A program made the translations under genes and the position numbers. A stretch of DNA of 33,079 nt from Conidiobolus incongruus B7586 (lineage: Eukaryota): positions 1-33,079 of the forward strand of contig JNEM01013132.1 of assembly GCA_000697335.1 (NCBI GenBank), in the 5' to 3' direction. Shown here one piece after another: positions 1-12,470 of the stretch. Numbering within the stretch: position 1 is the stretch's first letter; the number at the start of each line of letters is the position of its first letter. Below the pieces are notes generated by a model. It saw only the letters and a program-made list of their open reading frames with translations. It was not told the origin of the DNA and did not search any database.

Positions 1-2732
1 ACTATATTACTTTATAAAATATTAATCTATTGTGTTAAATAAAATAACTATATTATAGGTATCAAAAGCTTACCAAAGATATGGCAAAAAGATATTAATA
101 ATAAAATAGAGTATTAATTTCAAACTATATATTAATTTTTATAAATCATATATTTATATTATATCTATATTTTTATTTTAGGACTATTCTATTATTTAAT
201 TCTGTTATTAATAAATATTTTTATGAAATTAATATTTGGTTTTATAGCTGTATATATATTAATATAGATAGTGACTTATAATGAATATATCAATTTTGCA
301 AATCTGGCATATATAGTAATCACATCGATAGTATTCTATAATTTTTAATTATTTTAGTATTTTATATTATCATCATGAATTAAATATAATTAGGTTTAAC
401 CCTAGTGTTTCTTTCATAAATTACTATCATTTGGATATTACTAAATGTTATGCTGATATTGAAATAATATAAATTACTATTAAAATATGATATTAAAAAA
501 AGATCTAATTTGTATATTACTATTAATGCTAAAATTGTCTTACTTTTATTTATTTAAATTTCGAAATTAAATACATAAATAAGTTTATTTGTGGAAAATT
601 TTTAATTTTATCTTTAACGAAACTTATAAAATATTGTCAAAGAATATCTAAATATATATTCATATATTGGTTGAATCGATAAAAGAAATAAATTCTAAGA
701 TGAAATATCACTTGTAAAAAAATATTACATTATCATATTGAAAGAAAACAGTTAATGAAATATATTCAACTGGCTATTAATTTAAAAATAATATATCAAA
801 ATCAACTTTTTCATGTAAAATAAGTATAAAAATTAAAATTAAATCTATTGAAATTATAAATAGTTTTTAAATGTAAAAGATTAAATAATATGGTCAAAAT
901 CTTAATATTTACTTTTATAGTGCAATTTATATTAAAAATCACTATTTATGTATATTAAAATTAAAAATTAGGTATATTCTAAAAATATTGAATTAAGTAT
1001 ATTGATCATTTATATTATTTTTAGTTTACTTTTTTGATGAAATTTTAAAAATTACTCTCTTTAAATATAATTTATTTTAATAATTGAATATTAATTATAG
1101 CTCATACGAGATATAGTTTTAATATCAAATCCAAATATTTTTTTCATAACATTTGATTATATTTTATATTAATATTATTGAGGTATTTAAAATCAACATA
1201 TTTGGTTCTAAATAACTTAATTTAGAAAACATTCTACTTATTACACTCTCCTTTTTAACTAATTTTTAATTTATTAATCTTGTTTAAATTACTGTATTTG
1301 TTCATGATAAGTTATTGATCATCATATTTCATAATAATATAAATATCATCTTAAAAGTCCAATTATATTGAAAAAATTGATAAAGTTGTATTATTAATAA
1401 TAAGTTAATTGTCTGAAATAGAGTGTAAATAGATTTACTGATATATTCTCATAAATAAAATTAATTAAATTTTTAATTATTTTAAAAAATTAAAAAATTT
1501 TAATTATCAGGATATAATTAGTATTTTCAAATGCTGTTATATATATAATACCAATTAGCATATTATATAATGTGATTTTTAATAAAATATAGTTTTTTCC
1601 TTACATCATTCCTATCATTAATCTTTTTATGAATTGAATTAAAATAATAGGAACCAGAATTCTCGTTTTATTAAATAATTGATTATTGATGAATTTATAC
1701 AGATTGTGAATTATTTATGAAATTTATGTTAATATTTGATCATCATATATCCGTTTCACATAAATATATTTTAAATTGAATATAAGAATTGATGCAAATT
1801 AATGACATTGTTTAGTATAAATTGAAAATTATACTTAAGAATTTAGTAGAAAATTAAATTATTCTGAATATAAAATTGAATAATTTACCTTGTAATTAAT
1901 TCAAATATAAGAAAATTTCAAAATTCTAAAAAATTAATATAATAAAAACAACTTAGTTATATAATTCATATATAATCGAAAAAAGTAATATAGACAGGTG
2001 ATTTTGATTTTATATTCGGGTGGGTATAAAATAATATTGGGTGATATTAATAGATTATGTCATAACTCAATTATAAGTAACAGTACAATATACCAAATAA
2101 TATCAATTTAGAAAACAAATTGAGTTTGAAATTGTTATGGGGGTGCTTTATTGTTTAATGCTTTGCATGGGACCAGATTTAGAGTGAATTACAATTACAA
2201 AAATTTAGATCAGTTACTGCAAATGTTAATAAAATTTAAAATATATTTTGTTTTAGCTTGGACTAACAGATATTTCAACATCTACAAGATATCATTACTA
2301 TATATTAAGATAATTATTTGATATTAAAAATTAAATCAAAATTGATAAAGTAGTTATTCATGTATATAACATTGTCATCGGAAATTTTTTTCCAAAAATG
2401 GTTGTTTTTACAAATAATAAGTTAATTTTAAAGAATTTTAATATTTTGATTGACTATTTGGATTATTTAATAGAGAATAATTGAATAAATATAATTAGAA
2501 CTATACATGTATGTTATATAAATATGATTCTACTGCAAATCAATAGTGTTTCAATAAGGTTCAACCTGAGATTTTTTAAATTTGCTATTATACTCATTTA
2601 TAATTAAAATATTAAAACTAATTAAGTACTTTAAATATTCATAGATAGCTTGTAATTGTATTGTAATTATTGGTTATATCATTGTCATACAATAACATAC
2701 CTATTATATATTATAATGACATAATCAAAATT

Positions 2733-3020
2733 TAAAGGGGGATATATGAATATCATTTACTATTACCATGGAATTGAAGAAATGGGAAATTTTTTAATTT
2801 CCGATTTTTCAAACATATTATTAGTTTCAAATAAGCAAATATATACAAAACAAATAGGAAAATAAATAGTTTTGAATAATTTTATATTATATATTTATTT
2901 TTACTTTGTATATATTAAAATGTTTATTTTTTTTCAATCGCAAAAAATTCCCATTATTTAAATTACAAAGTAATATTTACACATGGTAATATTCATAAAT
3001 CATCTCATTAATATCCCTTA
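2733..3020. mobile_element. Degenerate fold-back / MITE-like element (long imperfect inverted repeat)
   Basis: Left-arm blocks GGGATAT, TATTACCATG (2761), AATGGGAA.TTTTTT, CGATT, AAACAT, AATATATACAAA and AAAATAAATA recur in the same order on the reverse complement of about 2890-3020. Ends are GGG...CCC|TTA. No ORF. Confidence 0.55.
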
Positions 3021-3324
3021 CTCATTGATTGAATTATACAACTTTTCGCATTTTGGTCTGATAAATGAAAAAGAAATAATTCAATTTAGTTAAAACTCAA
3101 ATAAGGATGTATATTTGCGGTTCGGAATAAAATTAGAAATAATATGTACATATTAAATATTTAGGAGTTTGAATTTAATAATATTAAATTTGATAATCCG
3201 GAATCTTTAATTATTATATATAAAATATATTTCACAAGGTAATATTTGTTTGGAATTGTTAGAATTATAAAATCATTTTTAATTTATGAATATAAATATA
3301 TTGAATGAATAAAAGTAAAAAGTG

Positions 3325-3328
<4 letters not shown>

Positions 3329-3356
<28 letters not shown>
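3329..3356. repeat. (TA)14 microsatellite
   Basis: Perfect TA run read directly. Confidence 0.95.
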
Positions 3357-3360
<4 letters not shown>

Positions 3361-4792
3361 ATATAGGAAATACTACAATTCATTTATGTTTGATAATAAT
3401 GATTTAAACTCATTAGTTGTTTTTAAACTGAATTGAAAAGATATTTATAAATAACATGATCAGGTTGAATCATAAGGAGAAAATAATTAATTAGAGTAAA
3501 TCTTTAATATAATATTATAAATAAATTTTTACTAAAATACCACTTCCTTAGTAATTTTGTTCAGATTATATAGGAGTTTCTTTTTATTAAGTAATATAAT
3601 CAAAAATAAATATCTTATACTTCAATATGGTTAAATATTAGATTCCGATTATTACAAATATAATGATGCATTTAATATTTATATATTATATCCGATATTA
3701 TTAACTCTTCTTTTCAATTAAGAGAATAATGAGAATTAGTCACCAAGGCAAATAATACTGATAACGCTGAATAGACACTTAGTATGATGAATAAATATAT
3801 AATATTTTAAAGAACCTTGATATTAAAAATAGTATTGATTATATTCTCATCATTTTTGATATTATTCAAGCGTACATTATAAATAAATGGAGTTCACTTT
3901 TTAATAAAAATTGTTTTCAATAAATATTATAAAATTAAATATATAAATATATCATTAAGTACTATTATGAAATTTAGCATTAATTATATATAACTAATAC
4001 AGAATAAATTTTCATTACTAAACTATAATATAGTCATATAACTTATTCTACATATAGATTTCATTTCATAAAAATATTAAATTCTATAATCAATTGATAG
4101 AAATCTCTATATCTTAGAACTTTTTATGTTGAGAAATATGGATATTTAAATATATATATAATTACAAATTTAAAATTTCACTGTAAATATCAACAAAAAG
4201 CTTTTTTCCAAAGAGAATTCTAATATAGTTTGCTATATATAAATCATAATAGTTTAGAAACTGTATAATAAATATGTTTCTCACTATCAATAGCTCTTTA
4301 CAATTTTTTATATATCGTTCTAATAAATAAAATGTATTTCGTTTTGTAGATAATTAAATTTTAATATTTCACAAACTATTTGAATAAATTTATTAAAATG
4401 AGTTTTCTTGGAAGTTTAATTTTTAAGTGCCTATAGCATTTATGATCGTATAAATTATCTCTGGTGGTTATAACGGATATGATAACTTTTTTATATTTAT
4501 TTCTATTTACTATAACTTTTATATATAAATTTTTATATATTTTTACAAATATTATTCGAAATAGTAAATAACTTTATATTAAAAGTATAATTTGGAAATG
4601 ATTATACTTAATAAAATATTATAAAACTTGTTATTAAATGATTTGGTTTTAAATATTAAAATGACTATGCACCATTATAAATCATAATAATAATCATTAT
4701 TGATTATTAAAATACTTATTCGAATTTATAGGGAAATTATTTTATTTTAATATATTCTTTATTATTTTAGTAAAGAATTATAAAATTATTAA

Positions 4793-4940
4793 TACAGAGA
4801 TCTTGCTATATACTATTTGTTAATAAGCTTGATTAAATTATAATTATTTAATTTTTATTATAACCATTTGTTAAATTATATTGATTTAGATATTATTAAT
4901 CAAGCTAATTGTAGATTGTAGTGTATATAGTAATCTTGTA
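4793..4940. mobile_element. Short MITE-like element with imperfect TIRs, TA-CA...TG-TA ends
   Basis: Left TACAGAGATCTTGCTATATAC...AATAAGCTTGATTAA versus right reverse complement TACAAGATTACTATATAC...AATTAGCTTGATTAA. Confidence 0.5.
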
Positions 4941-5499
4941 TAACTAATATTATAATGATTTGATATCTCTTTAGTTAAATTAAATGGCTGCTTTTCAATA
5001 TATCGTTTAAATTTTTAATAATCGAAAATAGTAGTAAAAATTAACTTTCTAGATTTTAGTAATTTTGGATAATTTTCCTTGAAGATATAAAATAAGAACA
5101 AAAAAACAAAGTAATTCTGGAAAGAATATTATCTCTAAATTACTTGAAAATTTTAAATAATTTTAGATTTTGTGATTGAGTTTTAATAATACAATAAAGG
5201 AGTTTTGATGATCATTATTTGGTTGATATGTGTTTAATTTAATATTAAATTATTAAAAAATCTTTATTTATACTATAATTTGTTCTATTTAATTGGTATA
5301 TATTCAATTATGTGAAACTGACAATATATTAAAAAATCGCCAATTCAATATTTGCCATTCCTTAAAATACCATTAATATTAAAGCAATTATTCAATTTTG
5401 TATATTTTATTAAATAAATTGACTGGTAGAGAGTTTGCAATTTATCATTGATGTTTTGTTGTAAACCAACTAAAGTGAATAATGAAATATGTACTAGTA

Positions 5500-6006
5500 T
5501 TATAGTTGAAGGATACTGTCAACGGATGGGAGAGCAGTTTCTTCAGAGGAAGTAAGGATATAATCAATTGACATTCGTCGAATTGGGTCGGGATTAAATG
5601 GTTGAGATTCGCTCTCGCTCGTTTCAATATCACCTTCAGATCGATATGTAGTCTGTTGAAAATGAGATGTTCTTTTTTGGCACTTAATGCTCTTCTTGTG
5701 ATTGTCTAAAATATCTTTTCGGCTAAAACTTTTGTTACAAATATAACATGAGTAAGATTTAACTCCTGTATGTATTCGTAGATGTCTTATTAATGAATTT
5801 TTCCGACTAAAACTTTTCCCACATATGTTACAAGCGAAGCGATACGTATCCATTGATTTTGTATTTAGTTTCGCTGTAGATAGCCTAGTTTGTAATAGGC
5901 TAGGCTGTTGTAATTGATTTATCGACGGTAATATCAAGTCGAAACTTTGCAAGCTATTATCATCGGTGCTAAAGTTCACGTTTGTAAATTGATAGTTTTC
6001 AGACAT
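5500..6006 (-). CDS. Two-finger zinc-finger transcription factor (C2H2 + C2HC), paralog 1, 168 aa
   Basis: [23 protein letters not shown] is a canonical C2H2 finger, followed by a TGVKSY Kruppel-type linker and CYIC-x12-H-x5-C. GC is locally elevated and it has clear homology to the other two ORFs. Confidence 0.93.
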   Translation of the reverse strand: MSENYQFTNVNFSTDDNSLQSFDLILPSINQLQQPSLLQTRLSTAKLNTKSMDTYRFACNICGKSFSRKNSLIRHLRIHTGVKSYSCYICNKSFSRKDILDNHKKSIKCQKRTSHFQQTTYRSEGDIETSESESQPFNPDPIRRMSIDYILTSSEETALPSVDSILQL

Positions 6007-6109
6007 ATTATACTAAAATTAATTAAAAAGTTTAAAAGAAAATAATAAAGTATAAGGTTTTTATAGTGAAGAGTTATAAAATTTTTCCATAATTTTTATT
6101 ATTTACTCC

Positions 6110-6117
6110 TTTATATA
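6110..6117 (-). promoter_or_regulatory. Candidate TATA box (TATATAAA) of ZF paralog 1
   Basis: Minus strand GGTATATAAAGGAG about 104 bp upstream of the ATG. Paralog 2 has the same octamer at a similar distance. The AT-rich background lowers specificity. Confidence 0.4.
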
Positions 6118-7560
6118 CCTCAAATTATTTGTTATTTTCAGATCAAATTCCAATTTATGTAATTTGTCAAATATAATTAAGTTTATTCAGTCATATTTTT
6201 TTACATTTTTTTTATTAAAATCCCTGAAACTATTACCTTTTGCTTGATTTATTTGAGTAAATATTCTGATCTCAAATAAAGTTAAATAGTTGAATAGAAT
6301 TACAATTAAAGTTATATTCAAAACTAAATATTCTCTATTAATAACGTATGTTGTTTTTCTAAAAAAAATATAATTAAACATTAAATAAAACTTCTTTTTT
6401 GGTTATAATCTGTGCATTAGTCTTTAGAGTAGGAGGACGTGATATTACTACTTCCAGCCACTTAGTATATTTATTATTATAATATAAATCTGCGACTAAC
6501 TTTAATTAGGAATTTAATACTCCTTACAATCGATTACCCCGTTTAATTTTTGAATATGGGAATACTAAAGAAGTTTGATATAAGTACATGTATTATTGAT
6601 CAATAACCTGTATAATATATTATTTTATTTTTTTTGAAATAGTACAGTATAAAATAACATAAAATCAAATGATCATTATAGCTATTATAGAACAAACCTG
6701 TTTTAAATCTTTTTTTGGTTGAAGTGTTAAATTGAACCTGAATATGAATATAGGTGCCCACTTATCAAATATCTCGACCTCAAAACTCTTTCTTATTAAT
6801 ATGAAAAATACCATAGTATAGTTTTTGATAATATGTAATAATGATATAATCAAAAATCACAAACTTTAGTGTAATAGGTAATAATTTTGAAGGTTATATT
6901 GAATATTTAAAACATTCAATATAAAATATATTTTGGTTAATTTATAGTAATTATTAACTAACAAATTTTGGTTTGGGAATTTTAATCAAAGGTATATTTA
7001 GCTTTTAAATGATGAAATAGTATTAGTAGGAGTATAATTTAATATTGTAAACCAAATCTATATACATTATTTCAAAATGAAATAGCATAACTAAGAGTAT
7101 AAAATATAATAAATTAGTTATATAAAATGGATGGTAAAAGCCTTTATATTTAATATCTGGGATATAGTTAGTGAAGATAATATCTTTCCATTATCATATA
7201 TATTTTACCATTTAATATTAACATAGTATATGCTATCTCCAAATTTATTAATAATTTATAATTAATGCATAATTTTAAAAAGGTATTTCCGAAACCTGTG
7301 ATTATATATATTTCAGATTAAATATATTATATTAATAAAATGAAAATGTGCAATCAAATAAACAATATATAATTTTATATATGATAATTTGTAATATCCT
7401 TAAATCAGAAAATCAGAAGGTATGAATATTGATTCATAATATATGACATTGAAACCAAAGCAATAGGTTTTGGTCTTTTATTAACTAATTTACAAACTCA
7501 CACCACATCAGGAATAATTTTACAAAAATAATAATATAGTAATGGTATATATTTTTGAAC

Positions 7561-7580
7561 ATATATATATATATATATAT
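7561..7580. repeat. (AT)10 microsatellite
   Basis: Perfect run read directly. Confidence 0.95.
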
Positions 7581-10500
7581 TATCTAGAAAATATAAAATT
7601 TAAAATAATAGAATGTGTACTAATATACTCTATTAAATAACGTATTTCGATTTAACAATAAATGGAATAATTTTATCAAATGAAAAATATTTTTAAAATG
7701 TTATCTTTTCATTTACTAAACAATATTTATTACTATTTTTCATAATATCAAGTTATTTCTTAATACTACAAGAAAAAAATTGAATAATTATAATATTCGC
7801 TTTTATATACCATTAATCATTTTTATTTATTATGTTAAATGATTTAGGCTTCAATTATCCAATGTATTATAATATACAGTATTTAAATCATTTATGAAAT
7901 ATATATAATGTATGATCAGTATCTTGCTACTTTGGTATCAATTGATTTTTTAATTAAATAAAGCTTTTAATTCAAATATATTTGTGAATTAAAATCTACC
8001 CACTCAAAACAACTAATATCGAAAGTAACAAAAATTTATTCTAAATTTTTTTATATAAATATAAAAATATTTATATATTTTAAAAAACAGCACTCAAAAT
8101 TAGGTTCAACAAAAATAAAACAGAGATGTAAAAATAAGAAATTCATTACCTTATTTGCTCAATTAATAATTGAAATTTGAAACCCCTTTTAGTTGAGAGT
8201 TTCAAGCTGATATATCTAATTGAAATATATCAAATATCAATATCATTTTTCAAATAAGAATTTTAGAATTTGTACAACAGTACACTATAAATTATAATAT
8301 CATGGATTTATTTTCAATCAGGTATTTCAATATCTAACATGTGGGCTACTTTTTCTACTGGTTATTTTAACAATAATCAAGATTTATTTCATATTTCCTT
8401 TTCTTTCACATTTATTAATCCCTTTTAATGATTTACACAATTATGCAGTGATCGATTCATGAACCAAATTAAATATTTTTGGAAATTGATATAGAGGTAA
8501 ATTGAATACAGATATAAATTTATGTTATAGAGTGATTAAAATTTAAGTTGTTAAAATGTTAATATTACTAGCTTTTATAATAATGGGACATTTTGATTTT
8601 TCTATATATTCACAAATATCACAAAATGAATAAAATTTTTAATATTTTTGATTGAAATTTTCATTATTTAATATATTATTATTAATATTTTTATTTCAAT
8701 ATATAACTCATTAATAAAACAATCTATATTTATTCAAATTATTCCTAACTATTGTGCAAATACTAATTTTGTTAATATAAAGTAAATTCCAATATATATT
8801 TTTAATTCAGATTAAATTGATAGAGTTATGACACAAAGAGACAAATGATATGTTGAGTTGGGGAATAAATAACCTTTTCAATAAGTATATATTAAAGATA
8901 TACCTTACCAAGTTTTTCACCCACAACTTTCCTGTTTTTAACTCTCATAGATTCTAAATGATATTTGAATTTGATTGGTTTTTAAAAAATCTTTGTCCGC
9001 ACTTATTAAGATACGATAATTGTATTTTTAAAACAAAATATATATAAATATTTTTTGGTTAGTTAAATATTTATAAATTTAATAAATTGAGAGAGATATC
9101 CGAAGCATTAATTTTTTTAAGCATAATAATATTAATGAAACCAGTGTCTTTATAACAAGAATGAATGTTAAGTGAGATATTTCCAATATGAAAATTCTAT
9201 ATATAACAAAAGTGGAAATTTTCTCTGTGACATAATATTACCATTTATGAATATATATCTCTTATTATTTTTTAATATTAGTAAATTTTTAAAAGTTTTT
9301 CATAAAAACTTAAAAATATAACAGGCTAAATATATTTTGTTTGAAATGTTAGAAATAATTAAGTATATCCAATCATTCTTGGTAAGGATTTTTATAAATA
9401 TCAGAAAATATTTATTATTACATCAATTAATATGGAAAAACTTATCATGCAAATTTGTATATATAATAACACAAACTTATGCAATATTATTGGTTTCATG
9501 TCTCTACTACCTAATTAATCATTGTATCGAGGAGAAAAATCCCTTCAAATAATAAAATATTTGTATTGAGCAATTAGGAACCCCATTTATGTTATATATT
9601 ATATATTTAACAATGAATGGTTAAACAATCTTGATATTAATAGACATCACAAATTTGGAAATGTTCGGTAATAAAACAATATTTGTGAATAAATTGATAA
9701 ATATCAAATTGTTATGATATTGCACTTCAAGAATATTGGATTGAGTTTAAAATTTGATATTTCTAAGCAGAATAGCATTTGTAGTTTCTCTATAGTAGTA
9801 ATAAACTAACAAAGATTCTTTATAAGATAACATATAATTTATCATCAATATTATTAATTCGACTTTTTTTGAATTTATCATCAAAATATACTTAATCAAT
9901 TTTACTACAAATATGTATTCAATTAATTTGATTGCATTTAATGAATTTAAGTTTTCTAATCATTGATAATATACTGGCCAATAATATATCAAATTAATAT
10001 ATTCGATCATAATAGCCATATTTTATGAAAAATTCTATTTTCCCTTAAAAATGTTCAAAATTTGAACAGAAGGTTTATTCAAAAATATAGCAATTAACTA
10101 AGCTAAATGCTCAATAATATCGTTAATATTAAATACACAAATTAGTTTTATATGAAAGAATTTATTCAAATATATTTTCATTAGCTGTATCATTTGGAAA
10201 CCAAAGTATATTCCTACTAATATTATTTTGAAAATAATTACCCTTAAGGTATGAAAGGTCATATTTTGATTTTTTTTCGTTAAGTATTACTAAGGATATT
10301 TATCGCTATTTCTTACTAATTAAGTTTTATATTTATATTTAGTAACACAATAGTTGATTATCATGAAAATTAGGAAATCCCCGGAATCGAGAATAATTAA
10401 GGACTATAATACCAAATTGTAAATTACAGCGAACCAGGTTTTTTCATTATTGTATCTAACAAGTATTATTTATTCTCCTTAATTACTACAAATTTTTACA

Positions 10501-12434
10501 CAAAATTCAATGCCAAGTTAACTTGTAAAACTTGGATCACAAAAATTTTATAATGAGTAGTACGTAAATTCTGGTCAGAGCCAAATCTCTTTATCGAGAA
10601 TTATGAAATATAAGAGTAAAAACATCTCGAAAAAACATGAAATTTTATTATATCAAAGACGAATTCAATTTTCTGAAATTCATCAGAAAATTTAAAAAAC
10701 TAAAATGAAAACTAGATTTGATTCTGCTCCAAGCACTATATATAAAAATCGTAATACTTCAAATAGATCTCATTTTTATCTCTCAATCCAGTATCATAAA
10801 CACCAAATATAATTGGTTTAATCACTCCTATCATATAAATGTTAATCAGCACTAGCAATTAATAAATGTCAGCCATATTGAAAAAATCTCATAATATATA
10901 TTAAATAAGTATATGAAGAAGTAAATAAAGGTAATTAAGATATTTAATAACTTGTTTCGAATTGAATAATTATACTTTTGATTTTATATATGTAACCAAA
11001 GTTATAGTTTAATGATTCAATTTATCCATAAAATATAACTTCATAATTATATTTTTAATCACATCCTTTAATATACTATTGATATGAATTTTTAAATATT
11101 CAATTTTGTAAACAATATTAATATTATTCTGTTTTATTAAAATTTAACGAGCGCTTTTGAATCAAATAAAGGATATTAACAATATTTCATTTGAATATAA
11201 TACGGTTAAAAATTAATTTATGATTAAAATATACAACAGTGTTAAACTCAAATGATATTTTTGTGAATCGAGTTATTCAATGTTAATTAAAGTGATAATA
11301 AATATAATTAAAATTATAACTTCAAATTATCATGCAACTGCTAAATAAACTTTTATTGCAAATCAATATTTTTTAATTATTTAGTGGACACTTTTATTTG
11401 AATATTTTATATCCCATTTGATAAATTATAGATAATAATACTAAAGAACAATGGACAACTAAATTTTATCAAACTATAACCTAAAAGCACGTTTATAAAC
11501 AGTAAACAAGAAATGACAATTATTATTGGTACTCATTGATGACAAATGCTATTAAGAACAACAATATTTTGGTATTTACATTCCACATAGTAATTAAATT
11601 TTTAAGGAGTTTCAGGGAATAAATTAAACATTGATTTCATACTATATTTGTAGATGGTAATTTACTTTATTAATTGGCCTAAGGTAGAAGGATTTTTCTC
11701 AATTTGTCTTAAATAGGTCCGAATTGTATTAGTGATACATGTTTACTTAATGTTTTACAGAATATTAAAACTTTATTAATAATTCAGATTATGTAATTTT
11801 AGATGTCAATAAAAAAACCTTGGTATCTAGTAAGATATGATATAATATGGATTTGTATTGATACAATTTTTAGTAATACATTCTGATTATGTTAATGGAA
11901 TACTCTTATTTTATAGCTTTAGTTAACAACATTTTAAATAAAAAACCGGGATTGTTATTTTGTTTTAATTATTAAATGTCTCAATTTTAAGTTATAAAAA
12001 TGCACATGATTGAAACTCTAAAGGCATTCCACTATTGGTTTTAGTATGGAATATTTTATTATCTGAAATGGGTATAGATGTAAATATATTTTCACTAGTA
12101 GCACAATATATTATTTCCAAATGTTTATTATCAATTTTAACTTCAAAATTGGTATTGAGAAGAATATCATAAACATAATATCAAATATTTCTTCTAAATA
12201 TATAATTTAATTATTTTGCACTGCTACCTTCAAATTGAATGTAATTGGTGTCAACCTCAGCAAAAAAATGAAACGTTATTAGTATATTTCAAATTATTTA
12301 TTGATCCCAAGTTTATTCTTATCCTTCAATATTCCGAAACATTGGTCACCAATATACATTCAGAGAAATTTATATAAATTGCAACTTTTTAAATAGTTTC
12401 ATATATAATATATTAAACACAAAGTGGTATATAG

Positions 12435-12438
<4 letters not shown>

Positions 12439-12468
<30 letters not shown>
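12439..12468. repeat. (TA)15 microsatellite
   Basis: Perfect run read directly. Confidence 0.95.

Positions 12469-12470
<2 letters not shown>

Noticed and set aside
5445..5633. 62-aa ORF on the minus strand
   Set aside because: Alternative frame overlapping the 3' end of ZF paralog 1, with no motif. It is a shadow of the real gene.
10360..10860. CpG-richer stretch with CTATATATAAAA resembling a promoter
   Set aside because: No downstream ORF (ATG TTA ATC AGC ACT AGC AAT TAA stops at once) and no LTR termini or TSD identified.
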